Shown: piece after piece, positions 44,411 through 60,230 of the stretch
Layout of the letters: each line of letters begins with the position of its first letter
Position numbering within the stretch: position 1 is the first letter of the stretch
From: the human T2T-CHM13v2.0 reference genome, Homo sapiens
DNA: 64,000 nt
Assembly: GCF_009914755.1 (NCBI RefSeq)
Contig: NC_060937.1
Direction: 5' to 3' (one strand)
The notes under the pieces: generated by a model
The model's input: the letters and a program-made list of their open reading frames with translations, nothing else
Told to the model about the DNA's origin: nothing
The model's database searches: none
Position numbers and translations under genes: made by a program

Positions 44411-44671
44411 CAGTGCGCGGGAACCGCCGCCGCCGCCGCTGGCCAAAAAGCGGAGCCCAGGGGAAGCGTGTCCTGCTCAGACCGCCTTCCTTCTCCATTG
44501 CCACCCGTGCCGAACAGCCAGGCTGCCCAATTGCAACTGTAGACCAATGAACTAATCCATCGCCCGCAGCCCGACTCTCAGCAGCGGTTCGTCCCGGTGC
44601 CCACCCCCGCGAAGCGGAGCGCCCGGGCACCTAGCCTCCCTGCCGGCCACCTAGCCTCCCTGCCGGCCACG

Positions 44672-44725
44672 ATGCCGAACGTGCTGCTGCCGCCCAAGGA
44701 GAGCAACCTCTTCAAACGCATCTTG
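44672..44725 (+). CDS. NAA16: NAA16 coding exon 1 (MPNVLLPPKESNLFKRIL)
   Basis: ATG in gccacgATG context (-3 A) within a CpG island; GTGAGT donor at 44726; N-terminus typical of the NAA15/NAA16 (Nat1) family. The MPNVLLPP start matches NAA16 as recalled. Confidence 0.95.
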
Positions 44726-47700
44726 GTGAGTGGCCGTAGGCCGCGCTGCCGCCCCCCGGTCCCCGGGTCCTCGGGCCTTAAGGGCAAGCGGTCTGGCGGC
44801 GGCCGGCGCGGGCCAGGCTTGGCCTCCGCTGCCCACCGCTCTTTGTTTACCTCGGATGTCGCGGGACCCCACTTTCCCGCTCCGGCCGGCCCACGGGGGC
44901 TGCCGAGCCGCTCCTCCGTGCGCTTCCTTTCCGCGGTCTTCTGCGGCTCGCCTCACCCCCGCCGCGCTCTTTCCAGAAACTTCACGCCGCTCTCCGCAGT
45001 GCCCGGGCACAGCCGCCTCGGCCGGTAGTGGCTGCCGTGCTCTCTGCCGCGCCGGGCTCGCAGCAGCCCCTCAGGGATCCTCCCCCGGTGGTTTATTTTG
45101 CCAGTCTCTCCTCGGCTAGGTGTTTTGCGTTCTGCATTCTCTGCTTTGCGTTTAGTTAGATTGCACAGCACACCCGCATACCTATTAAAGCGGGATCGAT
45201 GCGATGGTGGAATTTTTCCTGGTTACGAGGAAATAAAACCGGCAACTTTAGGAAGCCAGGCCTGGCACCACCTCCCTTTGGGAAAAAGTTTGCCTGTTTG
45301 TAATGTACCTTATTTACCTCTTTGGAAGTGAATATTTGACTTGAAGTGCGTTTCTGAGTTGTCACCAACTTCAAAACAGCTGTTTGCTTTTTAGTCGCAC
45401 AGGCCTTGCTTGAGTAATTAAAGCCGCGTGGACTGGCTGGTTTTGCATTTGAGGGGAGCATTTTTACTTTATCGCGGAGCAGAAGCCTGAATAATGGCCC
45501 CGTAGTGATGACCGCTGCGGAGCCGGGTGGGCAGTTTTCTGTGGGCTGTGTGCCAGCGTCCCTGGTAGCTTTCCGGGTTCTGTTCTTCCAAGGAGAAGAG
45601 GCAGCATTCCTTTGCTTTCCTCAGTATCCTCTGGCTACCCTAGGTTTTAAACTAATATTGTTAGTAGGTAACTGTCTTTTCTAGTTTATCTTTTCACCTG
45701 AAAAAAAGCTTTTATTTGCTAAACATGCATTTAGGTTTAAAGGTGAATTTATTGAAAGCTGGGTTGGCTATATGGCTGTTAGTTGTTGCTTAACTTTACT
45801 ATAAATAAAATACTAATTTTAGAGTAATTTTAAGTATGAACAGCGGCAGATAATTCATAGTAGCTGTTCTGTTTCAAGACGATAGAAACTTCACACTTAG
45901 TCTTCAGATTAGGATACATAGTAGATGGGATAAAAATTTTAAATATTATGTGGTGCTTAGTTTTGAACCAATAATAAGATACAAATGTGAGAACATTAAA
46001 AATACGAATAATTAAAGCACGTGGCAGGTTGCTTCATTGGGCTTTGTATTTTTTTATTTTACTTCTCATGCCCTTTTATTTTACACAGCATGGAATTGGA
46101 GAAGTAATTTATTTATTTTTATTTTTAATTTTTTTTTGCCCTGGGAATCTGAAACATTAATGATAATATCATTTATAAATCGCTAGTTGGATTTCAGGAC
46201 ATTTGGCATCATACTTTAAAGATGACAGCACTTCTTTTCTCTTTATACGAGTTTTTTGTAGTTCAAATCATGGATCAGTGTCATAAGGAAAAAGTTACAT
46301 TATTATTCTTAAATTACAAAAAAGGTAGGGTTTATCCCCAAATAAATTGGGAAATGGTAACCACTAAAAAAAAATCAATTATTTTGAGATGGAAGTCTCG
46401 GTTTGTTGGCCAGGCTACTGTCGAATTCCTGGCTTGAAGCGATCTTCCCACCTCAGCCTCCCAAATTGCTGGGATTACAGATGTGAGCTACTGTGCTCAG
46501 CCAAGCTAAACATTTTTAAATCTAGGTATGTAATGTTTCTGACAAGGTTGCGTGAATTTAGGAGGATTCTGCATAAACGAATGATTTTATCATTTCACAA
46601 TTGCAATAAATGTGGGTAAAATTTGGCTACAACAAATTCCATAGCAAACAGAAGTCTCTGTAATAAAATTATCTTTAAAGTTTAGTGGATTAAAGTGCTT
46701 TGCCACCAACAGTAAAATTTTTTCTATTGAAAAAATTCAAACACATCCACACAAACTGACCAGCTGGTTTTTTACGTGTTCCACGTGGCTTGTATCTGCA
46801 TGTCTTATTCCCCAGACTGGATATTAATTAGCATTACAGTTTGTTGAATTTTGGAGGTATTCCATGCCCTCTTTTAGAAAGAGACAAACCTAAAGATGGT
46901 AAATGACCAAGTGGCTAAGGTTCTCTGTCTGGTTAGTAGCAAAGTTGAGACTAGAATCTATCATTTCTGCTTAGTATATAATGGTTCCTGAGTGAATGTA
47001 GATTTGTCTTTTTTTTTTTTTTTGCGAGAGTGTATCGCTTTGTCGCCCAGGCTGGAGTGCAGTGGCAAGATCTCACTGCAACCTCTGCCTCCCAGATTCA
47101 AGCGATTCTCGTGCCTCAGCCTCCTGAGTAGCTGAGATTACAGGTTGACTTGTCTTTACCCGAGTACTTGGACTCTGGGGACAGACTACCTGGTTAAGAG
47201 TTGTGGCTCTGGCACTTAATAGTTATATAAACTCTATAACTATGCCTCAGTTTCTCTATCTAAATGGGGATATCATGCATCTCATAGGCTTTCCTGGGAT
47301 TTAAATAAAGAGTAAATAAGCTGTCATGGGATGAAGGAAAAAAATAACAGTGTCTGGACGTATAGTAAATGCTTCCAATAGGTGTTAACTATTATTACTG
47401 TTATTGGCAGTATGATTATTATTATTTTCAGATAACCTGGTAAGTCAGAAAAACTAGTATTTCTATTTGTCTTTCTCAGTAGTTCCTTTCTCTTGTTTTT
47501 TTCTTGTCATTTGTGAGACAGACTTGTAGTCAAACTCAGATTGTCATTTTTTATTTTAAAATATTTTTGGAATAGGCAGTATATTCACATGGTTCAAAAT
47601 TTAGGTTTCTCTCCTATCCTTATCGCAGAATCACCTAGTTCCCTTCCCCAGAGGCTGTCAAGAGGCCTCAATATAAACTTTTTTTCCATGAAGACTTTTC

Positions 47701-49262
47701 TAATTCCTTCCACATCCAGCCCCTGCTGCAAGGCTTAAAGATGGTCTCATCCATTGCTAGTGGCATTTTGCTTTGAACTTAGTAGGCTGTATTTATGGAG
47801 CAGTTTCTTATTTGTTTAGCCATGGCAATGCAGCAGTATGTAAAATAGGCTAAGGCCGGCGCAGTGGCTCATTCCTGTAATCCCAGCACTTTGGGAGGCT
47901 GAGGTGGGAGCTAGGATCACTTGAGCCCAGGAGCAAAAGACCAACATAGTGAGACTTCATCTCTACCAAAAATAAAAAAATAAAAAAAAATTTAGCCAGG
48001 CATGATGGCACACACCTGTAGTCCTTCCTATCCACTCAGGAGGCTAAGGTGGGAAGATCACTTGAGCTCAGCAGTTTGAGGTTATGGTGATTGTGTCACT
48101 GCACACCAGCTTGGGCAACAGAGTGAGACTGTCTCTAAAAAATAAATAAGAAAGATAGGTGAGATCATTGTTCTAAGGATCCATTATATGATGGTGGGGA
48201 AGACAGACACTAAATAATAGCATAAATAAGATTTCAGGAAATGATAGCACTGTGTGGAAAATAGAGTAACATGGTAGAGAATATGTTGGGGAAGGAAGGA
48301 GGATGGGAGTATTTGATAAAGTGGGCAAGTAGGGGACATGTGAGACTTGGATAATGAGGAACCATCCATGGGAAGATCTAGGAAAGCAATTCAGGCAGAA
48401 GGAACACAAGTGTAGGAGGCCTGAGGTGGGGATAAGCTTGGCATGTTGAGTAATTTAACACCCAGTGTGACTGAACAATGTAAGCCAGGGAAGAGTGGAA
48501 AGCAGTGGGGTGTTCTTCGCATCAGTGGCTGCCAGGGAGAGATGTTAATTGTGTACCCTGGCTGGTGGCATTCGGAAATAAAGATGTTGCTTATCCTTGC
48601 ATTGGACTAATGATGGTCTTTGGAGTAAGATCAGAGTTTGCAGCTAAGCTGAGCAGCTTATAAACAAGTTTTTGAACCTCTGGAGTTTCAGTTTCCACAT
48701 CTCTGAAGTGGAAGTAATGACACCTACATTAAAGAATTGGTATTAAGTAAGAGATTACAAATTTTTTACAGACATATCATAGCTGCTCAATAAGTGGTAG
48801 TATTTGTGTGTGTGTGTGTATGCGTGCACACACCCATGCACTTTGGTTTCATTCTTGCGGTAGCAAAGGCTTTTAGTGCAGTTTCTGGTATTTTTCTGTT
48901 GCCACATATGTTTTTGCTTAAATTTTTTTTTTGAGATGGTGTCTTGCTCTACTGCCCAGGCTGAGTGCAGTGGCACAGTCATGCCTTACTGCAGCCTCAG
49001 CCTCGTGGGCTCAAGTGATCCTCCCACCTCAGCCTCCCAAGCAGTTAGGACCACAGATGTGCACCACCACGCCTGAGGAATTTTTAATTTTTTTGTAGAG
49101 ATGAGATCTTGCTTTATTCCCCAGGCTGGTCTTGAACTTCTGGGCTCAAGCAGTCCTCTCGCCTTGGCCTCCCAAAGCATTGGAATTATTTTGAATTAAA
49201 AAATTCTGTGTACTAGGAAAGGGAAACAAAATAAAAAATTCTGTGGCAGTATTGATTGGTGA

Positions 49263-49812
<550 letters not shown>

Positions 49813-49989
49813 TAGAACAATTTGACAAGAATAGGTAACAAAAGTACACTGCATGTTTGTAAGTGATATCCTTTCTATCACATTTTAGACCTAATTTTGG
49901 ATCTTGAGTTTAGAATATATGATGCTGTGAGAAGTTGCTCCATTATGTATTCATTTGATAAAATAACTTTTGTTCATATTTCTTTACAG

Positions 49990-50074
49990 AAATGTTATGA
50001 ACAGAAGCAGTACAAAAATGGCCTCAAGTTTTGCAAGATGATTCTGTCGAACCCAAAATTTGCTGAACATGGAG
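49990..50074 (+). CDS. NAA16: NAA16 coding exon 2 ([28 protein letters not shown])
   Basis: tctttacag acceptor, G|GTATTG donor, 85 nt, in frame with exon 1. Confidence 0.95.
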
Positions 50075-51349
50075 GTATTGTCTCATGTGAGAGATTGCTT
50101 TAGGGAAATCAAATTCTAAAACCAGGCATTAACAGTGAAAGAAGAGTATTTCCCCGATTCCAGGGCCTTGCAGTTCTCTATTAGAGTGCATAAATGTTCA
50201 GCATTTTTTTAATGCTTTATATGAGTCTTCTAGATTACCTGTATTATCCTTAAGTATGTATACTTAAGGATAAGATTAGGATGGTTCGTTTATCTATTGG
50301 GGAAAAAATTGGAGAAAGTATGTATCAGTATTTTTATGGACCTGATTTCCTTTATTACTTTGAATAGAATTTAAAGTTTATACCTTGGTTTCCTGTGTGT
50401 AAAATTAGGACAAAATTTGCAATATAGAAGTATGAAGATATGGTCACCTGCACTTTATTCTTTGGTAGATGTGTTTTGTTTTGTTTTTTTTTAGTATGTG
50501 CTGACGTTTACATATGATATTACTAATTTACCATTAGATTGTATATTTTGAGTTGTTTTCTAACACTGGTGTTAATAAAGTTTGTATTTTCTGGTTGTGT
50601 CCTTTTTCAGTAACAGCCAGTGTTAGAAGGGTGGATCAGGATAGACATGAAAATAATGATCCTGTAGCATAGCAAAGCTGGTTGAGATTACTCAGTATCA
50701 GACTTGGATAATGGTTGAGATCATCTTATTGGGAAAATAGGCTGACCTTGCTCACTTTTCCAACAACATTTAAAAGATTCTTTGAAGGAAATGGAAAGAA
50801 ATCTTCATTTCATAGAATTAATTTTAAAGCTTGTTTTCAAGCTTTTTAGCTGTGGAAGCTTTATCCAAATGGTGCCTGTGGGAAAGTTCAATATGTAAAA
50901 CAGATAAAAGGTGTTGGAGCGGGGTTTGGGCCACAGGATCACCATGTTCTGAATACCATAGAGTTTGAAAATCATTCTTCTTGTGTAATTCCCTTCTTGT
51001 GGATAATTCAGAGAATTATTTCATCCTAAACCATCTTTTATTAACTTCCTTACATGTTTTTTGTTGCCACTACCATCATCCAGTGTTGTGCTGTTGAAAT
51101 GTGAACTGATGTTAATTAGCCTAAGTATAATTTGTTGGAATAAATTTGCTATCAAAAATGAAGTCTGTTCCAATATTGAATAAAGTGATTAGTGATTTTT
51201 AAATTATGTATTTGTCTTTATTAAGGTAGATTGAGTGTTTTTGTGTGGTTGTAAATCAGATTGATGATTGATTAGAATTGACCTTAGGTAAGAGCTGTGG
51301 AACTGCTATGGTAGATTTAATTCCATTAAGACTCATGTCTGCTTTGTAA

Positions 51350-51670
<321 letters not shown>

Positions 51671-51924
51671 TAATATCAACCACTTTTACAGAGTCTTGTG
51701 AAGGGCAGAAACCATTTTAGCAACTCTGAAACTAAGGAATTTCAGAAAAGGACTTGGGCTGCTAAGCTTTAAGTAAATATTTAAATGTAGTTTTACTTTT
51801 TCTACTTGGAGAGAAGTTCAAACTGTGAGATTAAAAAGATGAATTGGAGCCATAGTAATCCTTCAGATCTCAACTATTAAAGTACTATTAAGAGAATAAG
51901 AGAATAATTTTGTGTCATTTGTAA

Positions 51925-54016
<2,092 letters not shown>

Positions 54017-56195
54017 TAAGAGCGTGTCATTTCAGAATGAGGTGAGCATAAGCCAAAATCAAGTAGATTTGATTGTTCATTAGAAGGTGTATGTCGCTTG
54101 GGACCTTCCTTCTCAGTCATAGTTGTGGCACTTTGTACTTGAGTATTCAAAAAGAATAACTGGTGGGGTGTGGTGGCCCACGCCGGTAATCCCAGCAGTT
54201 TGGGAGGTTGAGATGGGAGGATCGCTTGAGGCTGGGAGTTAGAAACCAGCCTGGGCAACATAGGCCAGACTCCGTCTCTACAAATAAGAAAATTAGCCCG
54301 GTATGGTAGTTTACACCTGCAGTCCCAGCTATCCAGGATGTTGAGGCAGGAGGATCCCTTGAACCTAAGAGTTGAGGCTGCAGTGAGCCATGATTATGCT
54401 ACTGCACTCCAGCCTGGGCAAGAGAGCAAGACTTTTTCTCAAAAAACAAAACAAAAAAAACTGGTTTTTAAAACATTCTTAATTCATTAATTATTTAAAA
54501 ATTAGAGACAAGGTCTTGCTATGTTACCAAGGCTAGTCTTGAACTCCTAGGCTCCAGTGATCTTCCCACCTCACCCTCCCAAAGTTCTGGGATTACAGGC
54601 ATGAGCCACTACGCCTGGCCATAACTGTTTAACTGGAATATCTATGTGCAGCTGCTGTACTAGATTATTTGTGGGTTTGATATTTACAAATTTGATAAAC
54701 TAATAAGGCTTTTATAATGGAAACCTAAACATAAAAGTAGCTTTTAAAAATTATTGGTTAGTAAATATTTTAAAAACGTGAGAAGGGTTGCCATAAATCA
54801 GTCTTTCTGTAGTTGAGACCTCTTCAGATTTGCATCTTCAACTCTCTCCTGGACATCTCCATGTGCTTAGTCCACTTCGTATCCTAGAATCAGTATGTCC
54901 AACATGGAATTCTCTTACTTATGAGAAGGAGGCCACTAGGTTCTAACAGTTTTCTTTAAATACATTATTTATATACTTCTTACTTTTGCCCTCTACTGCC
55001 ATATAAGCCCTCATACCCCATGCCTAGATTTTTGCAGCCACTTTAAGGGCTCTGCTGAACTTACTATAATAATAATGGCACCACTCTTCAAAGCGTGTAT
55101 TTTTTTCTTCAGCTGTGTTTAGCAGCTTAGATGTGGTTGGAGTTAAAATCAGTTATCTTTAGGAATGAGGCATAGAAATTAAGAATATTGGCAAAACAAT
55201 GGCTGCTAAAGTGGATTGTGAAGTAAATTAAGTTAAAAGAGAGCTAGGCTTGGTATTATGTGTCTTAGTCCTGGCTACTTGAGAGGCTGATGTAGAAGGA
55301 TTGCTTGAGCCCAGGAGTTTAGTCCAGCCTGGGCAACATAGGGAGACTCTGTCTCTAAAGAAAAAAAGGAGAGCTGGTGGTGAAAGTGTGAAGGACCCAG
55401 GAAGTACAGACACTGGTGGTCAAAGAACAAGGGTAGGAGTGTCATCAAATGATAGTGTTGGCAGCATGGGAGCTGTGGGTAGAGAGTGAGATACCTAAAT
55501 TTATGATTTCTGGGTGGCAGTAACTTCTAGGGTGTGGCTGTGGGAGTGGGCCTCTGAATGGGGTGGAGGAGAAAATCATTAAAGATTAGAAAATCTTGGG
55601 ATTTAGAGGATAGGTTGTGGGATGGGTGATACACGTTAGTGTTGCATTTGCCCAGGGTAACGCCAAGAGTTGGCAGAGAAAATAATACTGACCTAGACTT
55701 TAATAAAGGATTTGGGAATGACAGAGAAGCAACAGTAAAAATAAGGGATAATTAGATGTTTGGGTGTTTCGCCTGGCTGTGTCTGTCCTGTGTCTGGCCA
55801 ATTATTACAATGTATTTACACTGTAAATACATGTAATTCATATAATAGTTTTATAAGTAGCAAAATGTAGTTTAATAAAAAACCATCTTAGTCTTCTTAC
55901 AGAATATTTAGTTACCAAAAAAAAAAAATTCTCATTATTTAAATGTAATTTAATAAGGCAGTCCAAAGGCATGGGCCCCAAAGATGTTTCAATGACAGCC
56001 TCACAGTGAGTATTACAGGGTATTGTAGAACTTTAGTATTTTAGGTAGGAAACATAAAAAGTACTTCTATTTTATTCTGAAACTGATCTTTGTTGATATA
56101 GTTCATTAGAAATGTGTTAAAGGTTAGATTGTTTTCTTAAAACTGATGAAATAATGTTTTAGAGAATATTTAGCAAGTTAAAACTTTTTTTTTAG

Positions 56196-56330
56196 GAGAC
56201 AAGATACCAGCTTCTTCAGTTGCGCCCCACACAGCGTGCCTCCTGGATTGGATATGCTATTGCATACCATTTGCTGAAAGATTATGATATGGCCCTAAAA
56301 CTGTTGGAAGAATTTAGACAAACTCAGCAA
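56196..56330 (+). CDS. NAA16: NAA16 coding exon 5 ([45 protein letters not shown])
   Basis: T-tract-AG acceptor, GTAAGA donor, 135 nt open frame. Confidence 0.95.
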
Positions 56331-56469
56331 GTAAGAATTTTAATGTTTCCTTCTACCTTCATAAATGGAGTAGTTGACTTCTAAATTGTCCCTGCTCTCA
56401 AATGTGAATTAAAGTATTTGAAACCTATGGAAAACGGGAAAACTTTTTGACGTAATTGGAAACAGTTAA

Positions 56470-56697
<228 letters not shown>

Positions 56698-57468
56698 TAG
56701 CCAGGATGGTCTCGATCTTCCGACCTCGTGATCCGCCCACCTCGGCCTCCCAAAGTGCTGGGATTACAGGCGTGAGCCACCGCGCCCGGCCATTTTTTTT
56801 TTTTTTAAGAGACGGGGTCTTGCGATGTTGTCCAGGCTGGTCTCGAACTCCTGGGCTCAAATGATCATCCTGCCTCGTCTTCCTAAAGTGCTGGGATTAC
56901 AGGCATGAGCCACCACGCCTGCCTCCACGTTTCAATGGAGAATATTCTACATGTGGATTCAGCTGCAAGTTGATGGAGATGGTGTGGATTGAGTCACTTC
57001 ACTTAGAGTTAATCCACCAACCTTGAGTCTCTTTTCCACTCCTCTGTTTATCTGTCATTTCATAATCTTGACCCTGTCTGGAGTTTTCCAGGACAGATAG
57101 GCATTCTCTGTAGTAATTTCCTCTTTATGGATACTCTAGACTTGAGCTTCTTCCATCCTATTTCACTTACTCCTCCTTTGCATTCTGTTTTCTAGAAATT
57201 TGTTGAAATCTTAAATAGTATCTTCTATTTATGGGTTTTTATATTTTTTAATCTGCTATTTTTACTCTCTTAAGGGAGGAAATAAACTTTGTAGTAAGGC
57301 CACCGTCTTTACTTAGGTTTTTAGCTTTTTACGTCACACCAGAGAATTGATTAGACTGGTTCTTTGTTTTTATCCAAGAATCAAGTTCTGACCAAAAGAT
57401 AGTACTGTATCACATTTGGTGGACTTGATAAAAAACTTTCCTTTGAACACAAAATTATGACATTTTGA

Positions 57469-57744
<276 letters not shown>

Positions 57745-58029
57745 TGATCCACGTGCCTCTGCCTCCCAAAGTGCTGGGATTACAGGTGTGAGCCACCGTG
57801 CCCGGCCAATTTCTGTTTTTTTTTTTCCTTTACTTTTTTTCTAGAGACAGGATCTGACTGTGTTGCCCAGGCAGAAGTGCTGTGGCTATGCACTACAGTC
57901 TTGAACTCTTAGGCTACGACTAGGACTTGAACTCCTAGCTAGGACTGCTCCAGAGACTGAGGCAGGAGGCTAGCTGGGACTACAGGTATACCACTGTGCC
58001 TGACAATGTTGTGTTTTTTTTTTTTAAGA

Positions 58030-58483
58030 CATAATGCTGCTGCATGGTTAATAGACTATAGTGTAGTGTTAATATAACTTTTTTAGTTTAGTTTTTTTTT
58101 TTTTTTTTTTGAGACTGAGTTTCACTCTTGTTGCTCAGGCTGGAGTGCAGTGGCGCAATCTTAGCTCACTGCAACCTCCACTTCCGGGCTTAAGCGATTC
58201 TTCTGCCTCAGCTTCCTGAGTAGCTGGGATTACAGGCATGTGCCACCACGCCAGGCTAATTTTGTATTTTAGTAGAGACGGGGTTTCACCATGTTGGACA
58301 GGTTGTTTTGAATTCCTGACCTCAGGTAATCCACCCACCTCAGCCTCCCAAAGACCTGGGGTTACAGATGTGCGCCACCGTGCCTGGCCAACGGAACTTA
58401 CATGCACTGGGAAACCATAAAGTGTCACTCACTTTATTGTGGTGGTCTGGAACCAAACCCACAATATCTCCAAGGTATACCTG
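58030..58483 (+). mobile_element. Tigger1 3'-end fragment with Alu insertion
   Basis: gtggtctggaaccaaacccacaatatctccaaggtatacctg-TA terminal sequence. Confidence 0.7.
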
Positions 58484-58829
58484 TAATTGATTTGTCTTCA
58501 TTGATATTTTATTCTGTGACTTTGGTAAACACTTTTATTAACTCTAGTAGTTTTTTTTTTGTAGATTCTATAGTATTTCAACCATTTTTATATTTGTATG
58601 TAGGATTTCTTGACCTGTGTCACTTGGGAATAGACAGAAGTCCCACCCTATTATTTGTTTTAAATAATGCATTCATTTTTTGTGTTATTAATCACTCTTC
58701 TGTTTGTATCTGCTTGTGGGTTGCTTTCTTGTTTATGTGAATGACTCTCCTGAGAAGGCAGTTTAATTAAAGGTCTGTAACTGCTTTATATAATTATACA
58801 AATAAAGTAATTTGGTCATTTTTTTTCAG

Positions 58830-58983
58830 GTTCCTCCAAACAAAATAGATTATGAATATAGTGAATTGATATTATACCAGAATCAAGTGATGAGAGAGGC
58901 AGATCTGTTGCAGGAATCTTTGGAACATATAGAAATGTATGAGAAACAAATATGTGATAAACTTTTGGTGGAAGAAATTAAAG
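58830..58983 (+). CDS. NAA16: NAA16 coding exon 6 ([52 protein letters not shown])
   Basis: ttttttcag acceptor, G|GTAAGT donor, 154 nt. Confidence 0.95.
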
Positions 58984-59859
58984 GTAAGTTGGCTTGCCTT
59001 TTTTTAATAGCCTCAAACAGAAAACAAAAAAACTATATATTTTATTCTCTCCTAAGTCTTACGTAACAGTTGTTATGTATCTGGCAAGGTTCCAAACACG
59101 ATTATTAAGCCATTATTAACTAGTTTAATCCTCATAACAACCCTATGTTGTAGTTATTATATCTATTTTGGAGATGGGGGAACTGAGAGATTGAGTAGCC
59201 CCAAATCATACAGTTTAGTAAACTGGAGAGTGCTGGATTTGAATCCAGATTTCATTCCCTTAAGCAGTATATTACACTGCCTTCATATTGAATATGTATC
59301 TCTGTATATCCATATATAGTTAATTAAATACAGTGAGAACCATAACTGATGATACTGGGATCATCATGAACACAAAGGTCATTTATTTTCATTATGGGCT
59401 AATTATGAAGACAGGATCCCTATAGTTTTAACAGCATTCATCAACAAGGGGTCAAACAAAAATTTTCACAGAGCTTTGCTCATTAATTCCCTTTCCCTGA
59501 GCAATATTGTATTAAATTGAATGTCCAGCTAAAATAATAGTTTAGAACTAAAGTTCCATACAATTGTGGAACCTCTGAAGTCTGAAGCTCTTAATAAAAA
59601 TAATAGCTAATATAGATTTTAAAACTCTTCTTCTATTTGAGTATGGTAATTGCTTAAATTGCTTTATTTCATTTAATTTTTTAGCACTTTTAAGATGGAT
59701 GCTATTTATTAACCCCATTTTATAGTGGAAGAGACTGAGGCTTAGAGAGGTTAAGGACTTGCCCAAAGTCATCCAGCTTTTTAAGTGGTAGAGTTATAGT
59801 TTCCAAGCACATCAACACATTCCCTGACTTCAGAGCCCTTACTTTTTTCTAAAAAATAG

Positions 59860-60230
59860 ACATTTTCAGGACAGTTTTAGGTTCACAGTAAAATCTAGAA
59901 AAAGGTGCAGAGAGTTCCCATATACCCCTGTATACCCACAGCCTTTCCCACTGTCATGCTCTATGGGTTTTGACAAATGTATAATGACATGTATTCACCA
60001 CTGTAGTATTATACAAAGTAGTTTCACTGCCCTAAACATCCTTTGTTTCACCTTTCCATCCCTCGCTCCTGCAAACCCCTGGCAACCACTGATCTTTTTA
60101 CCCTCTACATAGTTTTGCCATTTCCAAAATATCATATAGTTGGAATCATACGGTATGTAGCCTTTTCAGATTGGCTTTATTTTTGCCAAATCATCTCTTG
60201 CCTGAGAAAGATTGGCTTTTTTCACTTAGT
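59860..60230 (-). mobile_element. Old L1M 3' fragment
   Basis: ttttaggttcacag...agagttcccatatacccc; cccctggcaaccactgatc; tagttggaatcata motifs. Confidence 0.6.

Larger units (their letters stand above)
44250..45200. promoter_or_regulatory. CpG island promoter of NAA16
   Basis: Abrupt GC/CpG enrichment spanning exon 1; no TATA box evident. Confidence 0.9.

Noticed and set aside
44151-45171. Overlapping long Arg/Pro/Ala-rich ORFs on both strands
   Set aside because: Stop-codon scarcity in a CpG island; only 44672-44725 has splice and homology support
56193-56198. NAGNAG alternative acceptor (TAG GAG) at exon 5
   Set aside because: A distal GAG acceptor is rarely used, and the sequence alone gives no support
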